Of a stretch of 64,000 nucleotides of DNA, positions 11,511-24,518 are shown piece after piece. The notes below the pieces were generated by a model. The model did no database searches and was not told where the DNA came from. It saw nothing but the letters and a program-made list of their open reading frames with translations. Source of the stretch: Mytilus californianus (taxonomy: Eukaryota); contig NW_026262604.1 in assembly GCF_021869535.1 (NCBI RefSeq), positions 21,390,001 through 21,454,000 on the forward strand, read 5' to 3'. A program made the position numbers and the translations under genes. Position 1 is the first letter of the stretch. Each line of letters opens with the position of its first letter.

Positions 11511-14018
11511 GTTGACCTCTAATTTATATGTTGTTGAAAGATTCCCTTACATATAGCCAAATTGCCAAACTGTCCAAAACCTTCTCACCCAAACTGTCTA
11601 CAAACTCGCCCACTTTTCTACAAACTTACTGTACGCATGAAAACAAAGTGACCCAATTACAAAAAGAAGATATATCCCAAGGAACAAAGACCTACAATAT
11701 CGTCAAATAATTGTTGGTTATTTGACAATAAAAATGACATCATAAGATATGTTCATTGCGATTTGAAACATAATTATAAGAGGTAAGTGGTAAGTAGTAT
11801 GTGTTAAACGTAAATATATTCAATTTATATATTCTATAAGTCTAAACTGACTAGGAGGTTTAGAAGAACCGTGTTATCATTGTTCGGTTCAACAAACTAC
11901 TTCAAGATTGGTAATACTACTCCGCCGTGAAGCTCCGGTTCAGTATGTCAAAGGGCATAGAACGGGTAACATTCTCACTGATTTCTTACCTTCCTCAATA
12001 TATGAAAAATGTTTCTTGAATTGAACGTTATGTCCATTGTCAAAGAAATGTCTACGGACATTAAATTCAATCCGAAACAACTTTACTAATATTTAGAAAA
12101 GTGATTCGAACGTTATCCATTTATTAAGTGTTTATTTCACTATACAAATTCATAATAATTACCGCATATTGTGACAACAGTTGAAGCAATAATGAATTAT
12201 ATTTTTATAACACACATTTAAAGAGAGGCGAAAGTACCAAACGGCCAATCAAACTCTTAGTCGAAAAATAAACTGACAACGGTTTTGAGGAGAAATATTT
12301 TTTGAAATGTATTAAAATAAACAAACATATTTAGTGTTGTTTCTCAAATATATGATAAAATGCTTACCTTTATCGAAATACATAAATACGATTGATAGTA
12401 TTTCTCCTCACAAGATATTGCTTTATTCATTTATATCGAAATGTTTCGCACCTGTCATCTCAACTGTTCCTCATAGTTGTTCATAAAACTGCTCAGTTAA
12501 AAAAAAATAAATACTCGTGTTTGAAAGTATCAAGTACTATATTTTTTCTACAGATGAGCAGTTGATATTTTTCTCATAAAGACTGTTTACGGCATTCTGC
12601 AAAAAAAAAAACAAGAAGAAATGATTCGATTTTGATAATATATACCCTTTTCCAAGCATATGTTCTCTATCTTACATTTGAAAATGAAAACATACAAGAA
12701 CTGAAGGGACATACGGCATACAGCGTTGATTTTTGTTAGGTCAGTCAGGAATGGTGTCATATTCATATAATGAGATGATGAAATTACATTATAATTATAC
12801 AAAGTATATAAACAAAAAAGTCAGACATGAAGACAGACACAATTGTGTTTCTGAAAAAATATTTCATAATCATATTTCTGTCGTGTATTTTATGACATTT
12901 CAATTTTGATGTTAAAAAGTTGCTAAGTAATTAGTTCTGAAAGGCAACAATTATATTAAAGAAATGAATGAAAGAAATATAGTTAAGATAAAATGTGTGT
13001 GTTCTATGAACATGTTATGGATGGTGAATATCAAATAATATCACCTGAAATGATTTCTTTATTTCTGATTGTTCATTATCCAATGGTTATTGAATGTATA
13101 TGATCCTTATTATTTCTTCATCTTGTTAATAATTATGTTTTCTAAGGAGCTTTCTCGATGAATGTGACAGAAGTAGTTCAAAATAGTATGCAAAGCAGTA
13201 TCATTTAAAAAGTAAACAATAAACAGGTACTGCTGTACAACACATAGCACAGGTAAATCATGAATGTGATCATTTTACAAAAAGGGAGACGAAATTAAGT
13301 TGTAAAAAAAACCTACCAAAGACGTAGAAGTCCAAAAAAATAAATAATGCTAATAATATGAACAGACAAACAGCAATTTACAAAACACCACACAGTTAAC
13401 CTATGATTGAGCAACACAAACTAGAGAAGAACCATAGGTGATCTGAAGCCAGCCAGAATGGTTTATATTATATTAGAGGTAACAGTAGCATAACAGTACT
13501 ATCTAAGGCCTCACTGTGACTTTGAGATGAAGAAAAGCAACAAAAGCGCTACTTTGATGAAGAAGGACAAATGGTTAAAGGGATTGTGATATAGGAAATT
13601 GATATAGAAAATGCGAGTTTCATTAATCAATGAAAATAGTTTTACTGGAAAACTTCTATCGAATATATTGCATTATTAATATAAGATTTAAATCAGAAAT
13701 GTCTTAAACAACCGTAGTTTAATAAGGACTAGATGGAAAAAAATCCGAACATTTTCCATGCAATAAATCTGTGGAATTGAAAACTTCAGATTAGTCATTA
13801 GTTTGATTGATTACAGGTACATCAAGTGTACATTGTTGACATCAAAAGCTTTTTTTTATTACAAATATACACAATTTCCATTGAGGATTCATTGAATTTG
13901 TTATCTATATAGTAGCCACATTCTGTTGGATTATTTCAATTTGTGAACATTGTTTTACTATCTAATTTATATTGTGCATGGTCTTCTTTTGTGCAATTGT
14001 CAAAAATAAAACTGTTGG

Positions 14019-14263
14019 TCATAATTTACTAAATATGAAAATCAAAATAGGAAGCAACCATATAAGTATATTTTTCTTTGGTCCTTCTTGCGTAACATCT
14101 ATTCTCAGAGGAGTTAAATCGGCTACATTTAGATTACATCCCTCGTCGTTTTCAAAAAATGAGATTTGATTAGAATCTGCATTTTCATAAATGATTGGTC
14201 TTTGAACAAGGTGTGACTGATAATTGTGGTGACGTATTTGGGGGATTTTTTCATGGTAGCGTT
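14019..14263 (-). CDS. Candidate terminal coding exon with hydrophobic C-terminal tail, product unknown
   Basis: Acceptor CCTATTTCAG|AA (phase 1), then about 80 open codons ERYHEKIPQIRHHNYQSHLVQRPIIYENADSNQ...GPKKNILIWLLPILIFIFSKL-stop. Confidence 0.35.
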
Positions 14264-14613
14264 CTGAAATAGGTATCATAATTCGTTATCCGCGTATGTT
14301 AAATGGTTACATTGAGACATAAAAGTCTTACAGCATCAATTGAGTATTTAAAGCCAATTTAAAGCCAGACATATAATTATGACATTTATCAATACTGATA
14401 TTTATAACTTATAGACTTACATTTGCATTATTTCAAAATTGTTCAAACCTGCAGATGGATACGGTCCTAACCTGTACAAAAGTTAACTTTGAGCAGACTT
14501 GTTGACTGCTTTTCAAGTTAACTTGGGAAATTTTAAGCAGACGAGCAAGTTAACTTTGTAGTTGGTAGACCAGACCTACGGTCTGCTTTTTTAGGACTGC
14601 TGCAGACATATTG

Positions 14614-14810
14614 ACAGGTCTGCTCCAGACCAGACCTGTGGACAAGTCTGCTTTTGACCAGTCCTGAGGACAGGTCTGCCCCAGACCAGACCTGTGGACA
14701 GGTCTGCTCTAGACCAGACCTGTGGACAGGTCTGCTCCTGACCAGACCCGAGGACAAGTCTGCTATTGACCAGACCTGGGAACAGGTCTGCTTATGACAG
14801 ATTACCGTGT
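14614..14810. repeat. 28-bp minisatellite, about 7 units, each a hairpin (ACAGGTCTG-N8-CAGACCTGT)
   Basis: Unit GACAGGTCTGCTCCAGACCAGACCTGTG. The 28-aa period in ORF 14533-14757 equals 3 x 28 nt. Confidence 0.9.
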
Positions 14811-15489
14811 TTAAGACTTTTGATTTTAATATGTAAACAATAATCGCATTGTTCTTTTTTCCCAGTATAGCAAATTTCTTTACTCTTTAGACTATCGATA
14901 TTATACACATTAAAAAAAAAATCTTTTTTTTTCATTTCATATTCTTATATACATTAAACAATGGCTATACAATTACACACTTGTGATCACATACGGCTAT
15001 CATTAAAGAAAGATTTAATTAGAAGGCGGATAGAAAGGTTATCCAACGGATCGGAACAATATTTGTATGTCATGGGATATCAGCATCATTGTCGACGTTG
15101 CTTCGTTCCCCATTTTTTACAGTCTCTTCCTAAATTTAACTATATGCATTACATGGATATTTCTTCGTAATTCACCTTGTTTGCCTTGGATTTACGATTC
15201 TGTTTTCAACAAAATATTCTAACGAGAATTGTACAGTGTTCGGATACATAAGGTGTTGAATAATTATGAACAATCCTGTCAATTTCGTCATATTTGTCTT
15301 TACCTGTTTACCGATTAAAAATGATGATATGGGACTTCCAAAAAATATACTCGTTGTGCACATGAATGAAATAGTTGCCACTTGAGGTTTAGCTACAAAC
15401 AAAATCAATCAACCGACATAATGTACTAACAGTATACTATTCCCAGAAGAGAACTTATACTTTTCATAAAGTAAAAATGAAATCCGACA

Positions 15490-18345
15490 TGTCAGTGTTG
15501 GATGATGCTGTCAAATAGTTTTGTTATACACCCCATCCTCATTTTGATCCTGAAATACTAACTTTAGTGATGGTCTAATATTATGAATACAGAGATGAAA
15601 TGCTGACAATCTAAATTGATGCGGAAAAGATATTGCATTCATTGTTTTCCAATATTGCTTTCATTTGTATTATAATACAGTACATCCCGACATAAAAAAA
15701 CTTCTGATTAAATATAATGCAGCCATATAGATTTACATACTAAAGTGCAAATATGGTCCGTTTTAGTTGATACGGTCAAAAAATTTTGCTATACCAGTCA
15801 GCCTGAGGTATCAAAAGTACTGAAGTTTTGTTACATATCAATATATTGAACAACAGGAGGACATGCTTACATTCTAAATTTATGCGGACAAAATTTGTAT
15901 TCGTTGTGTTCAAATATTACTGTCATTTGTATTATACATTCAATCCTTACATAAAAAATATTACTGAATTATTATGCGGCTATATATATTTACTTTAATA
16001 CACATGATAAAGTGCAAATATGGTCAGTTTTGGTTGATACGGTCTAATAATTTTGCTATACAAGTCAGCCTGGGTTATCAAAACTACTGAAATTTAGTTA
16101 CGTATCAAAATATCATGTATATTGAAAAAAAAGGAGGACATGCTGGCATTCTAAATTTATGCGGACAAAAATTTGTAGTTTTTGTGTTCCAATATTGCTG
16201 TCATTTGTATTATACATCAAATCCTGACATAAAAATAGTTGCTGATTTACAATGCGGCTATATAGATTTACAAAATAAAGTGCAAATATGGTCAGTTTTT
16301 GTTGATGCGGTCAAATAATTTTGTTAAAGGAGTCAGATTGAGGTATCAAAACTACTGAAATTTTGTTGCGAGACCATATTTTGATTTAAAAGAGGACATG
16401 CTGGCAATCTAGATTTATACGGACAAAATTTTGTATTCACATTATGTTCCAATATTGCTGTCATTTGTATTATACAATACATCCTGACATAAAACATTAC
16501 TGAATTATTATGCGGCTATATAGATTTACATGATAAAGTGCAAATATGGTAAGTTTTGGTTGATACGGTCAAATAATTTTGCTGTACGAGTCAGCCTGGG
16601 GTATCAAAACTACTGAAATTTTGTTACGTGTCAATATATTGAACAAAAGGAGGACGGACATGCTGGCACTCTAAATTTATGCGGACAAAAATTTGTAGTT
16701 GTTGTGTTCCAATATTGCTGTCATTTGTATTATACATTAAATCCTGACATGAAAATAGTTGCTGATTTACTATGCGGTTATATAGATTTACAAAATAAAG
16801 TGCAAATATGGTCAGTTTTGGTTGATGCGGTCAAATAATTTTGTTATAGTAGTCAGCCTGATGTATCAAAACTACTGAAATTTTGTTGCAAGACAATATT
16901 TTGATTAGAAAGAAGACATGCTAGCAATCTAGATTGATACGGACAAAATTTTGTATTCACATTATGTTCCAATATTGCTGTCGTTTGAATAAAACATTCA
17001 TTCTTGACATAAAATTATTACTGAATTATTATGCTGTTATATATAGTTACATAATAGGTGCAAATCTGGTCAGTTTAAGTTGATGCGGTCAAATATTTTT
17101 GCTATACCAGTCAGCCTGGGGTAGCAAAACTACTGAAATTTTGTTATGTATCAATATATTGAACAAAAGGAGGACATGCTGGCACTCTAAATTTATGCGG
17201 ACAAAAATTTGTAGTTGTTGTGTTCCAATTTTGCTGTCATTTGTATTATACAATGAATCCTGACATAAAAATAGTTGCTGATTTACTATGCGGCTATATA
17301 GATTTACAAAATAAAGTGCAAATATGGTCAGTTTTGGTTGATGCGGTCAAATAATTTTGTTAAAGGGGTCAGCTTGAGGTATCAAAACTACTGAAATTTT
17401 GTTGCGAGACCATATTTTGATTAAAAAGAGGACATGCTGGCAATCTAGATTGATACGGACACAATTTTGTATTCACATTATGTTCCAATATTGCTGTCAT
17501 TTGTATTATATAATACATCCTGACATAAAATATTACTGAATTATTATGCGGCTATATAGATTTACAAAATGGTAAGTTTTGGTGGAAACGGTCAAATAAT
17601 TTTGCTATACGAGTCAGCCTGGGGTATCAACACTACTGAAATTTTGTTACGTATCAATATGTTGATCAAAAGGAGGACATGCTGGCACTCTAAATTTATG
17701 CGGACAAAAATTTGTAGTTGTTGTGTTTCAATATTGCTGTCATTTGTATTATACATTAAATCCTGACATAAAAATAGTTGCTGATTTACAATGCGGCTAT
17801 ATAGATTTACAAAATAAGGTGCAAATATGGTCAGTTTTGGTTGATGCGGTCAAATTATTTTGTAATAGGAGTCAGCCTGAGGATTCAAAACTTCTGAATT
17901 TTTTTGAAAGACAACATTTTGATTAACAAGAGGACATGCTGGCAATCTAGATTGATACGGACAAAATTTTGTTTTTCACATTATGTTCCAATATTGCTGT
18001 CATTTGTATTATACAATACATCCTGACATAAAATATTACTGAATTATTATGCGGCTATATAGATTTACATGATAAAGTGCAAATATGGTAAGTTTTGGTT
18101 GATACGGTCAAATAATTTTGCTATAAGAGTCAGCCTGGGGTATCAAAACTACTGAAATTTTGTTACGTATCAATATATTGAACAAAAGGAGGACATGCTG
18201 GCACTCTAAATTTATGCGGGTAAATGTTTTTAGTGATAGTGTTCCAATATTGCTGTCATTTGTATTGTACATTCTATCCCGACATAAAAATATTTCTGAT
18301 TTACTATGCAGCTATATAAATTTACATTATAAAGTGCAAATATGG
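15490..18345. repeat. ~258-bp tandem satellite, about 11 monomers, alternating A/B subtypes (~516-bp dimer)
   Basis: GGACATGCT anchor at about 15859, 16136, 16394, 16656, 16914, 17172, 17430, 17675, 17932 and 18191. Type A has TTTGTAGTTGTTGTG and AAAATAGTTGCTGA; type B has TTTGTATTCACATTATG and AAYATTACTGA. Confidence 0.95.
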
Positions 18346-19719
18346 TTAATACGATTTAAAGAATTTGATATTAATTGGAATTTATATTCAGCTCGTTAGC
18401 ATTGTAACCATTATCGTTTTTTTTAATATATAGAAAGGCAGATCACGGATAAATTTGTATCTAAACAAGCAAAGTTTTATGCGTACTTTATTTACAAATA
18501 GATATAAGGAAATGTGGTATGAGTGAAGATTGCAGCCAACGAGACAACTCTCCATCCAAGTCAAAATTTATAAAAGTTAACCATTATAGGTCAAAGTACG
18601 GTCTTCAACACAGAGCTACATGTATTTAATCATGTTTATATTGCGGAAGTATTAAATTGACTTTATTTTTATATGTTTATACCAAAAAAAAAAAAATATT
18701 TAAAAAAAATCGATGTAGAGCGGTCCTGGTTACAAGTTAACTTAGTGTTGAGCAGACCAGGCCAAAAGTTAACTTGAGATCAGGTCTGGTTCGGTCGGAG
18801 TTGTCAAAATCAAAGTTGACTTGTGTTAACTTATGGCAGAACTGGTTTTGAAGTTAACTTATATCAATAGCTGACCTGTTTCCAAGTTAACTTTTTCGGC
18901 AGACATAAAAACAGTCCTAGGACTAAGTCCGCTTTTCAAGTTAACTAGATTGTGGTCCTTGGACAAGTCCAAATGACTGGCTATCAAGTTAACTTGCTGT
19001 ACAGGTTAGGACTGCACCTATCTGTAAAGCAATTCACGAATCTGACATCTTGTATATATCCTAAATATTGTTTATATTTTATGTAGATATGCTTTTTGTT
19101 GCTCAATTCTTTTATCATTTGCTTAAACCTCCAACTTTCTGTTATTAAAATGCATGCTTGTTTTGTATATCATGATATAACATAGTACAGTATAAATGAC
19201 TGTATACATGTCTTAGTCGGTTAATAAGCACATATATATAGTAATCACTAAACCTAGGAAGCTTAATTTCCGTCCTTTTACTATCACTTACAATTCATTC
19301 ATAATGAATTTTGAGATAGATGTCTATGTAATATCTAGATAAGCCATATTCACCGGATATCAAAACAAAACACTTGAGTAGCGATAATTATAGACAGAAG
19401 ACATTTTCATATTTTATCACATCACTAGTGCATTCGTATCTATAAATATTGTGACTGAAATAATTTCAGATTTAAAACGACTATAAACAGTTGTATATAA
19501 ACACATGTATAACACAACTTTGACAAGATCAGCCTTTTATAAATATGCTAAAAAGCAGATACTCTAGCTGTACCTAGAATTCCATATCACTTTGTATAAT
19601 CGAAAAATATATGGAGGTTTGTACTTATTTGTACAGTAACTATTTCCCGACGAAGTTTCAACATTATGGAATGGCAATACTTATAAATAGATATAGATAT
19701 ATATAGTTTGTCGTATACT

Positions 19720-19815
19720 ACAAATGCGAAAGGGATATTCAAACTCATAAGTTGAAACAAACTGACAATGCCATGGCAAAAAACGAAAAACGACGAAGAC
19801 AAACAACAGTAAAAA
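19720..19815 (-). repeat. Short 3'-terminal fragment of a Naiad-type element
   Basis: GCGAAAGGGATATTCAAACTCATAAGTTGAAACAAACTGACAATGCCATGGC matches 5850-5915. Similar fragments at 12220-12282 and 30032-30105. Confidence 0.7.
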
Positions 19816-22800
19816 CTGAGTTACTGAAAAGAGCAAAACAAAACAATTCAACCAAGTCATTATTCATATTAAGTCTTACATTAGCACTACTCCCACAACA
19901 AATGTGTTTGCATGCAAAATATTACATAAATGAGTCCTACAATAAAGTTTTATTTCAGGTGTGAAAATGCGAGTTATATATTGTGGGTGTATAACTGAAA
20001 ACTCGAAAAACCTATGATAACATGTTCATGTCTTTCTTTGAAAAAATCTATCAAATTATTTTGAATACATCGGTCAAATAAGGGGTAAACAATTTCTTTC
20101 TTCAGTACAGTTTTTCAGAATTAATGGGACTATATCGAAGGTTTCGGGAGTAAGCAGGGGTATAAAAAAAGGAAGTGATGATATAATTAAAAGAAGTAAC
20201 TATTATTTAACAATTGTTTGATATGTAAGAAGAATTTCATCAACTTCAGTATACACGTACCAATAGTATTATATTTAAAATATATTTAATTTTGAATATT
20301 TCGATACTTTCAAAATACATTTTGGTTCATAAGCATAGATACAAATTCATCATTGTATTACAGTAGTGAACCAATATTAATGATGTCTTTGCGTGAAAAA
20401 AAAGAGTGCGAAGAGCCGTATATTTTTGAAGAATGTTTATATATCTGTTTGTATTTCTATTTAAACACTTTATACATCTTGCGCTTATTTTGGATATATA
20501 TACATCTGTTATATATTATCAAAATGTATACACAGTTATTCCAATTTCAATAATTTACACAAAATTTGATTTATATTTTTATAATGCACACATTTCCGTA
20601 TTTGCATTTCACACATTTATTCAAATACCTATATATACAATTAGTGTACCAAATATTACTTAATTATTTTATAAACCGTGAAAAAATGGTTTCCATTTGT
20701 TTATTTTACAAATAATAATAAACGATATCTTAAAGTGACAGATACACAAGGTACAGGGTTGTTTTACATATGGATATTAGTACACCACTTTTGTATTATG
20801 CCAAACGAACTATTTTTTGAATTTAATTTTGATTATTTTGATAACAGATATTCAATAAACATTACCCTTACTGCAGTATTACTATTATTTTTATATATTT
20901 TTAAAATAATATTATATCTTAAGAAGAACTTTGAACTATTTTTTATTGTAAACCATACATTTAAACCACATGTAGAACTTTGAATTGTTTTGTCGATCAT
21001 ACGTTAGTTAGTATTTTTTTACAGATACTACAATTTACACTAGGATATTGAATAAATTTTGAAAAATATATAAAAGCTACAAATGTTGACAAACCAACAA
21101 ATTGCAATCAGTTTATTAGACAACATCATAAAATATAGGTAATTTGGTATTTAAAAAGAAAAAACAATATGCTAATGCCTCTACCAGTACATCTAGTATT
21201 ATATTATTGGGAATAATTAGGTTTAACAAATCAGTAAGTGATTTTTCTACAAAGAGTTTCGCTCGAAATGTGTTATTTCAAGTTGATTTGTTTGTTGGAT
21301 GGAGGATACTATACTGATGTAAAGTAATACACATCATTGTGTCATGATCACTAACACCTCAATCAACGGTTATTAGAAATTGTTCTAGTACTGGTTAATT
21401 AGAATGACATTTTAAAGATAAATCTTCTACAGCGCCACTTAGAATTGAATAAGCATAGATTTCAATTATTTCACGGCAATATCAGAGGGCTCCACTTGAC
21501 AAAATATGTAGCAGTTGTAAATCAACTTACTAAAATAGAGTGGATTTTATATTAAGAAACGTGCTGTGAACAACATTTAAACAGTATTTAAAGCAATTTC
21601 AATTGTAAAGACAAAGGAAACTCCCTAGCGTCAAATTTGTAAAATAAGACTAGTGTATTTTGTGGTATTTTGTAGTTCAATATGAATAAGTTTGATGCAT
21701 AAGCATACTATTATTGTTTACATATATTTGTTTCTATTCTTTCATATGTGAAAAAAATTTATCATTTAAATCAGAATTCATTACTCCACATTGCGTTCTA
21801 AAAAGAATTTAATAGATGGAAATTACCTTATCTACCTATTTATACATATATAATTTCCTGTAAAGACTGTCAAGTAAAGAGTTTTGATTTTTCCAAGTAG
21901 TAAATGATCATAAAAACTAATATAAAATATGAAATAATAATTTTCAATTAGTCAAAAGATTTGATAAGCGAAAATGTATTTGTACTAATTTTATTTCTTT
22001 TATTTTTTGAATTATTTTTGAATAGGAAGATTAGTTTCCTAATCATATTTTATGTTAAGGAGGAAAAAAGTATTCAATATATAGTATCACATCAATATCA
22101 AAATATCTTAAGCATTTTGTATACATCATGAATGTAGTAATGGGAATCATTTTGTTTAATGCAGAAGGGGTTATATGGAAACAAAACATGATACAAGATA
22201 TTTAATTATATCTAATTACCCTGAAAATTGCTGCAGCTCTAATCTAAAAAAAAGAAACTGGAAATTAAAAGGGGGCATTATTAACTACTAAATCAATGTA
22301 AAACTAGCAACCCCGTGGTAATATGTCCATTAGAAGTAATAACAATTCGAACAAGGCAGTGAAAATAAACGGCGAAGAAAATAAAAGACAAGAACTTTAG
22401 AAAAGAAGATTTTGGAAATATTTTTCAATATACTATTCGAATAAATATGTTCTCATTTCATTTTATAAAAATAAGAATGAAACTTCCTGACAAAATTTCG
22501 TGTGCTGTGGTATTTATAACACTAGTCAGTCATTTATAATTATGATTCATCAAATTATTTATAAATCGGAAATGCAGCTGTTATGATTTTTATTGATCTG
22601 CTTAAAATATAAACAAAGTGTACATTGTAAACAAATTCACACGCACATTTATCTGTTTATGTATGTTAAATGGTGTATGGCATGATAAATAATTTTTCTT
22701 TAAAATATGATATATTTATTTAAATATACTTATCATAAACAATACAGGTTTTAAATCTAGATACTATAAAGAAAGAATGTCGAAAATTTCAACACAGTTA

Positions 22801-24325
22801 TCACTCACAGTAAATAGAATAAAACACGTTTATGAAAGGCGAATGTAAACGACAGTAAATGAATCTTTAAGGAAATAAAGTCGCGCTGATTTAAGCAAAT
22901 ATCAGTTGCAGAAAATTAGTAAATAATATTAGCCTCTATTGCATAATTTTAGCAATTTCATTCCGATGATGATAAATCACTTCCGTAAATAAAATAAGAT
23001 GCATGTATCTGTTTATTTATATCTTCTTTAACATACTTTGTTTTCTATTCACCAAAATTTACATTCACAGTATGTAAAATTCTACTTCTTGCTAAGCTGT
23101 GATGTTCTTATAAAAACTGTCATTCCTACTTATTTATGAATCATTAATATTATTAATAAAACAGACAGTAAGATATCCCTAAACAATTGACAGAATTTTT
23201 CCTAAACAAATACATATGTATATGTATATCTATACTTATGATGCAAGTCATAATAAAAAGTGTATACTTTTAAAAATATTTTTCATACATTAAATTTATT
23301 GCATGAAAAATTCCGGTTTAAAATCTACATTCTATGTGCAACATGACTAACTACATGCACATGGGTTGGATCCCGACTGATTAACTCGGAGTTCAGTATT
23401 TTTGTGATTTTACTTTTTACCTCATACCCTTTCAGAATAAGATTAAATTATAAATTATATGAACGTCCTGTAAAATTTTGTTGTCAGAAAAATATTCATT
23501 TAAAACTTGATATACAAACTGCATTATTCGTTAATTATTTATCATTATCTCCTTCACCGACTTTTCATCTTACGACAAAAGATGTTGAAGGAAATAGCAT
23601 CAGTAAAACAACTTTGATGTTACATATATATGAAGAATGGTTATTATCTGACCAGTGTCATATTGGTATGATGGACTTACAAAATATGAGCATGGTCAAG
23701 TCTTCATACAATAAGTAAAACAAAACCTTACCGGTTTAGATGGTAATACATCCAGAACATAATTATGTTCAACACTATTTATCTATTTATAAGTTATGTA
23801 ATGTCATAACGACTAATTGAAATCACGTGATTAAGAACTGAAACCTGGCGTGATCAACTGAATCATTTCCGCCTAACTACGAATATTTTTAGATGTACAT
23901 TGTTCTTAATTTCTCATTAAAATATTTTCATTTTATCATAACTATTTTAAAAGCAGATACATATAATGGAGATTTAATTATTTTTCTTTCATGTTTTGCG
24001 ACAAAACATATTTCTAGATATTATTGAGACGTTTTTAATCTGATTGTTGTCAAATTCGTTTTTTGAATTGCTGATTCCGAATTTGATTAAATGATTGTTT
24101 TCTTACTAGTGAACTATCAGTAAAGTAAGCGATTGTCTTCCGTTGTCCATGCGTAATTTTCTAAAGGTTTATCTCTTAAATCCCAGAAATGTCTTAAGAC
24201 AGACTATAACGATTAAACATAGAATCTTATTGTCAAATCTGCTATTCATTAATTGAATGTGAACCGTAAGCACGGTATGGAGAAATAATTGATAGTATGA
24301 AAATTACAACATCCACCTATGATAT

Positions 24326-24518
24326 NNNNNNNNNNNNNNNNNNNNNNNNNNNNNNNNNNNNNNNNNNNNNNNNNNNNNNNNNNNNNNNNNNNNNNNNNNN
24401 NNNNNNNNNNNNNNNNNNNNNNNNNNNNNNNNNNNNNNNNNNNNNNNNNNNNNNNNNNNNNNNNNNNNNNNNNNNNNNNNNNNNNNNNNNNNNNNNNNNN
24501 NNNNNNNNNNNNNNNNNN
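24326..24518. other. Assembly gap (193 N)
   Basis: Run of N. Confidence 1.

Larger units (their letters stand above)
14452..19024. mobile_element. Putative non-autonomous DNA transposon with ~40-bp terminal inverted repeats and internal tandem arrays
   Basis: Left end CAGATGGATACGGTCCTAACCTGTACAAAAGTTAACTT versus reverse complement of right end CAGATAGGTGCAGTCCTAACCTGTACAGCAAGTTAACTT. Subterminal AAGTTAACTT-like palindromes occur at both ends. Flanks are TG|CAG and CTG|TA. Confidence 0.65.

Noticed and set aside
14614-14810. CRISPR-like or REP-like palindromic array; ORF 14533-14757
   Set aside because: No unique spacers of CRISPR length, no cas genes, eukaryotic context. The ORF only reflects the 28-bp period.
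16115-18399. Repeated ORFs in the satellite with ankyrin-like snippets (GQLEVSKLL, GHAG)
   Set aside because: Stop codons are conserved across monomers (AAA TAA TTT), and the A/B indels shift the frame for about 50 bp. There is no 33-aa periodicity.
20353-21130. Cluster of 66-101-aa ORFs and CxxC motifs suggesting a viral or Polinton relic
   Set aside because: Low-complexity AT-rich translations with no diagnostic motif that I can support.
23404-23718. 104-aa ORF
   Set aside because: Begins inside a repeat fragment, with no convincing splice sites or homology.
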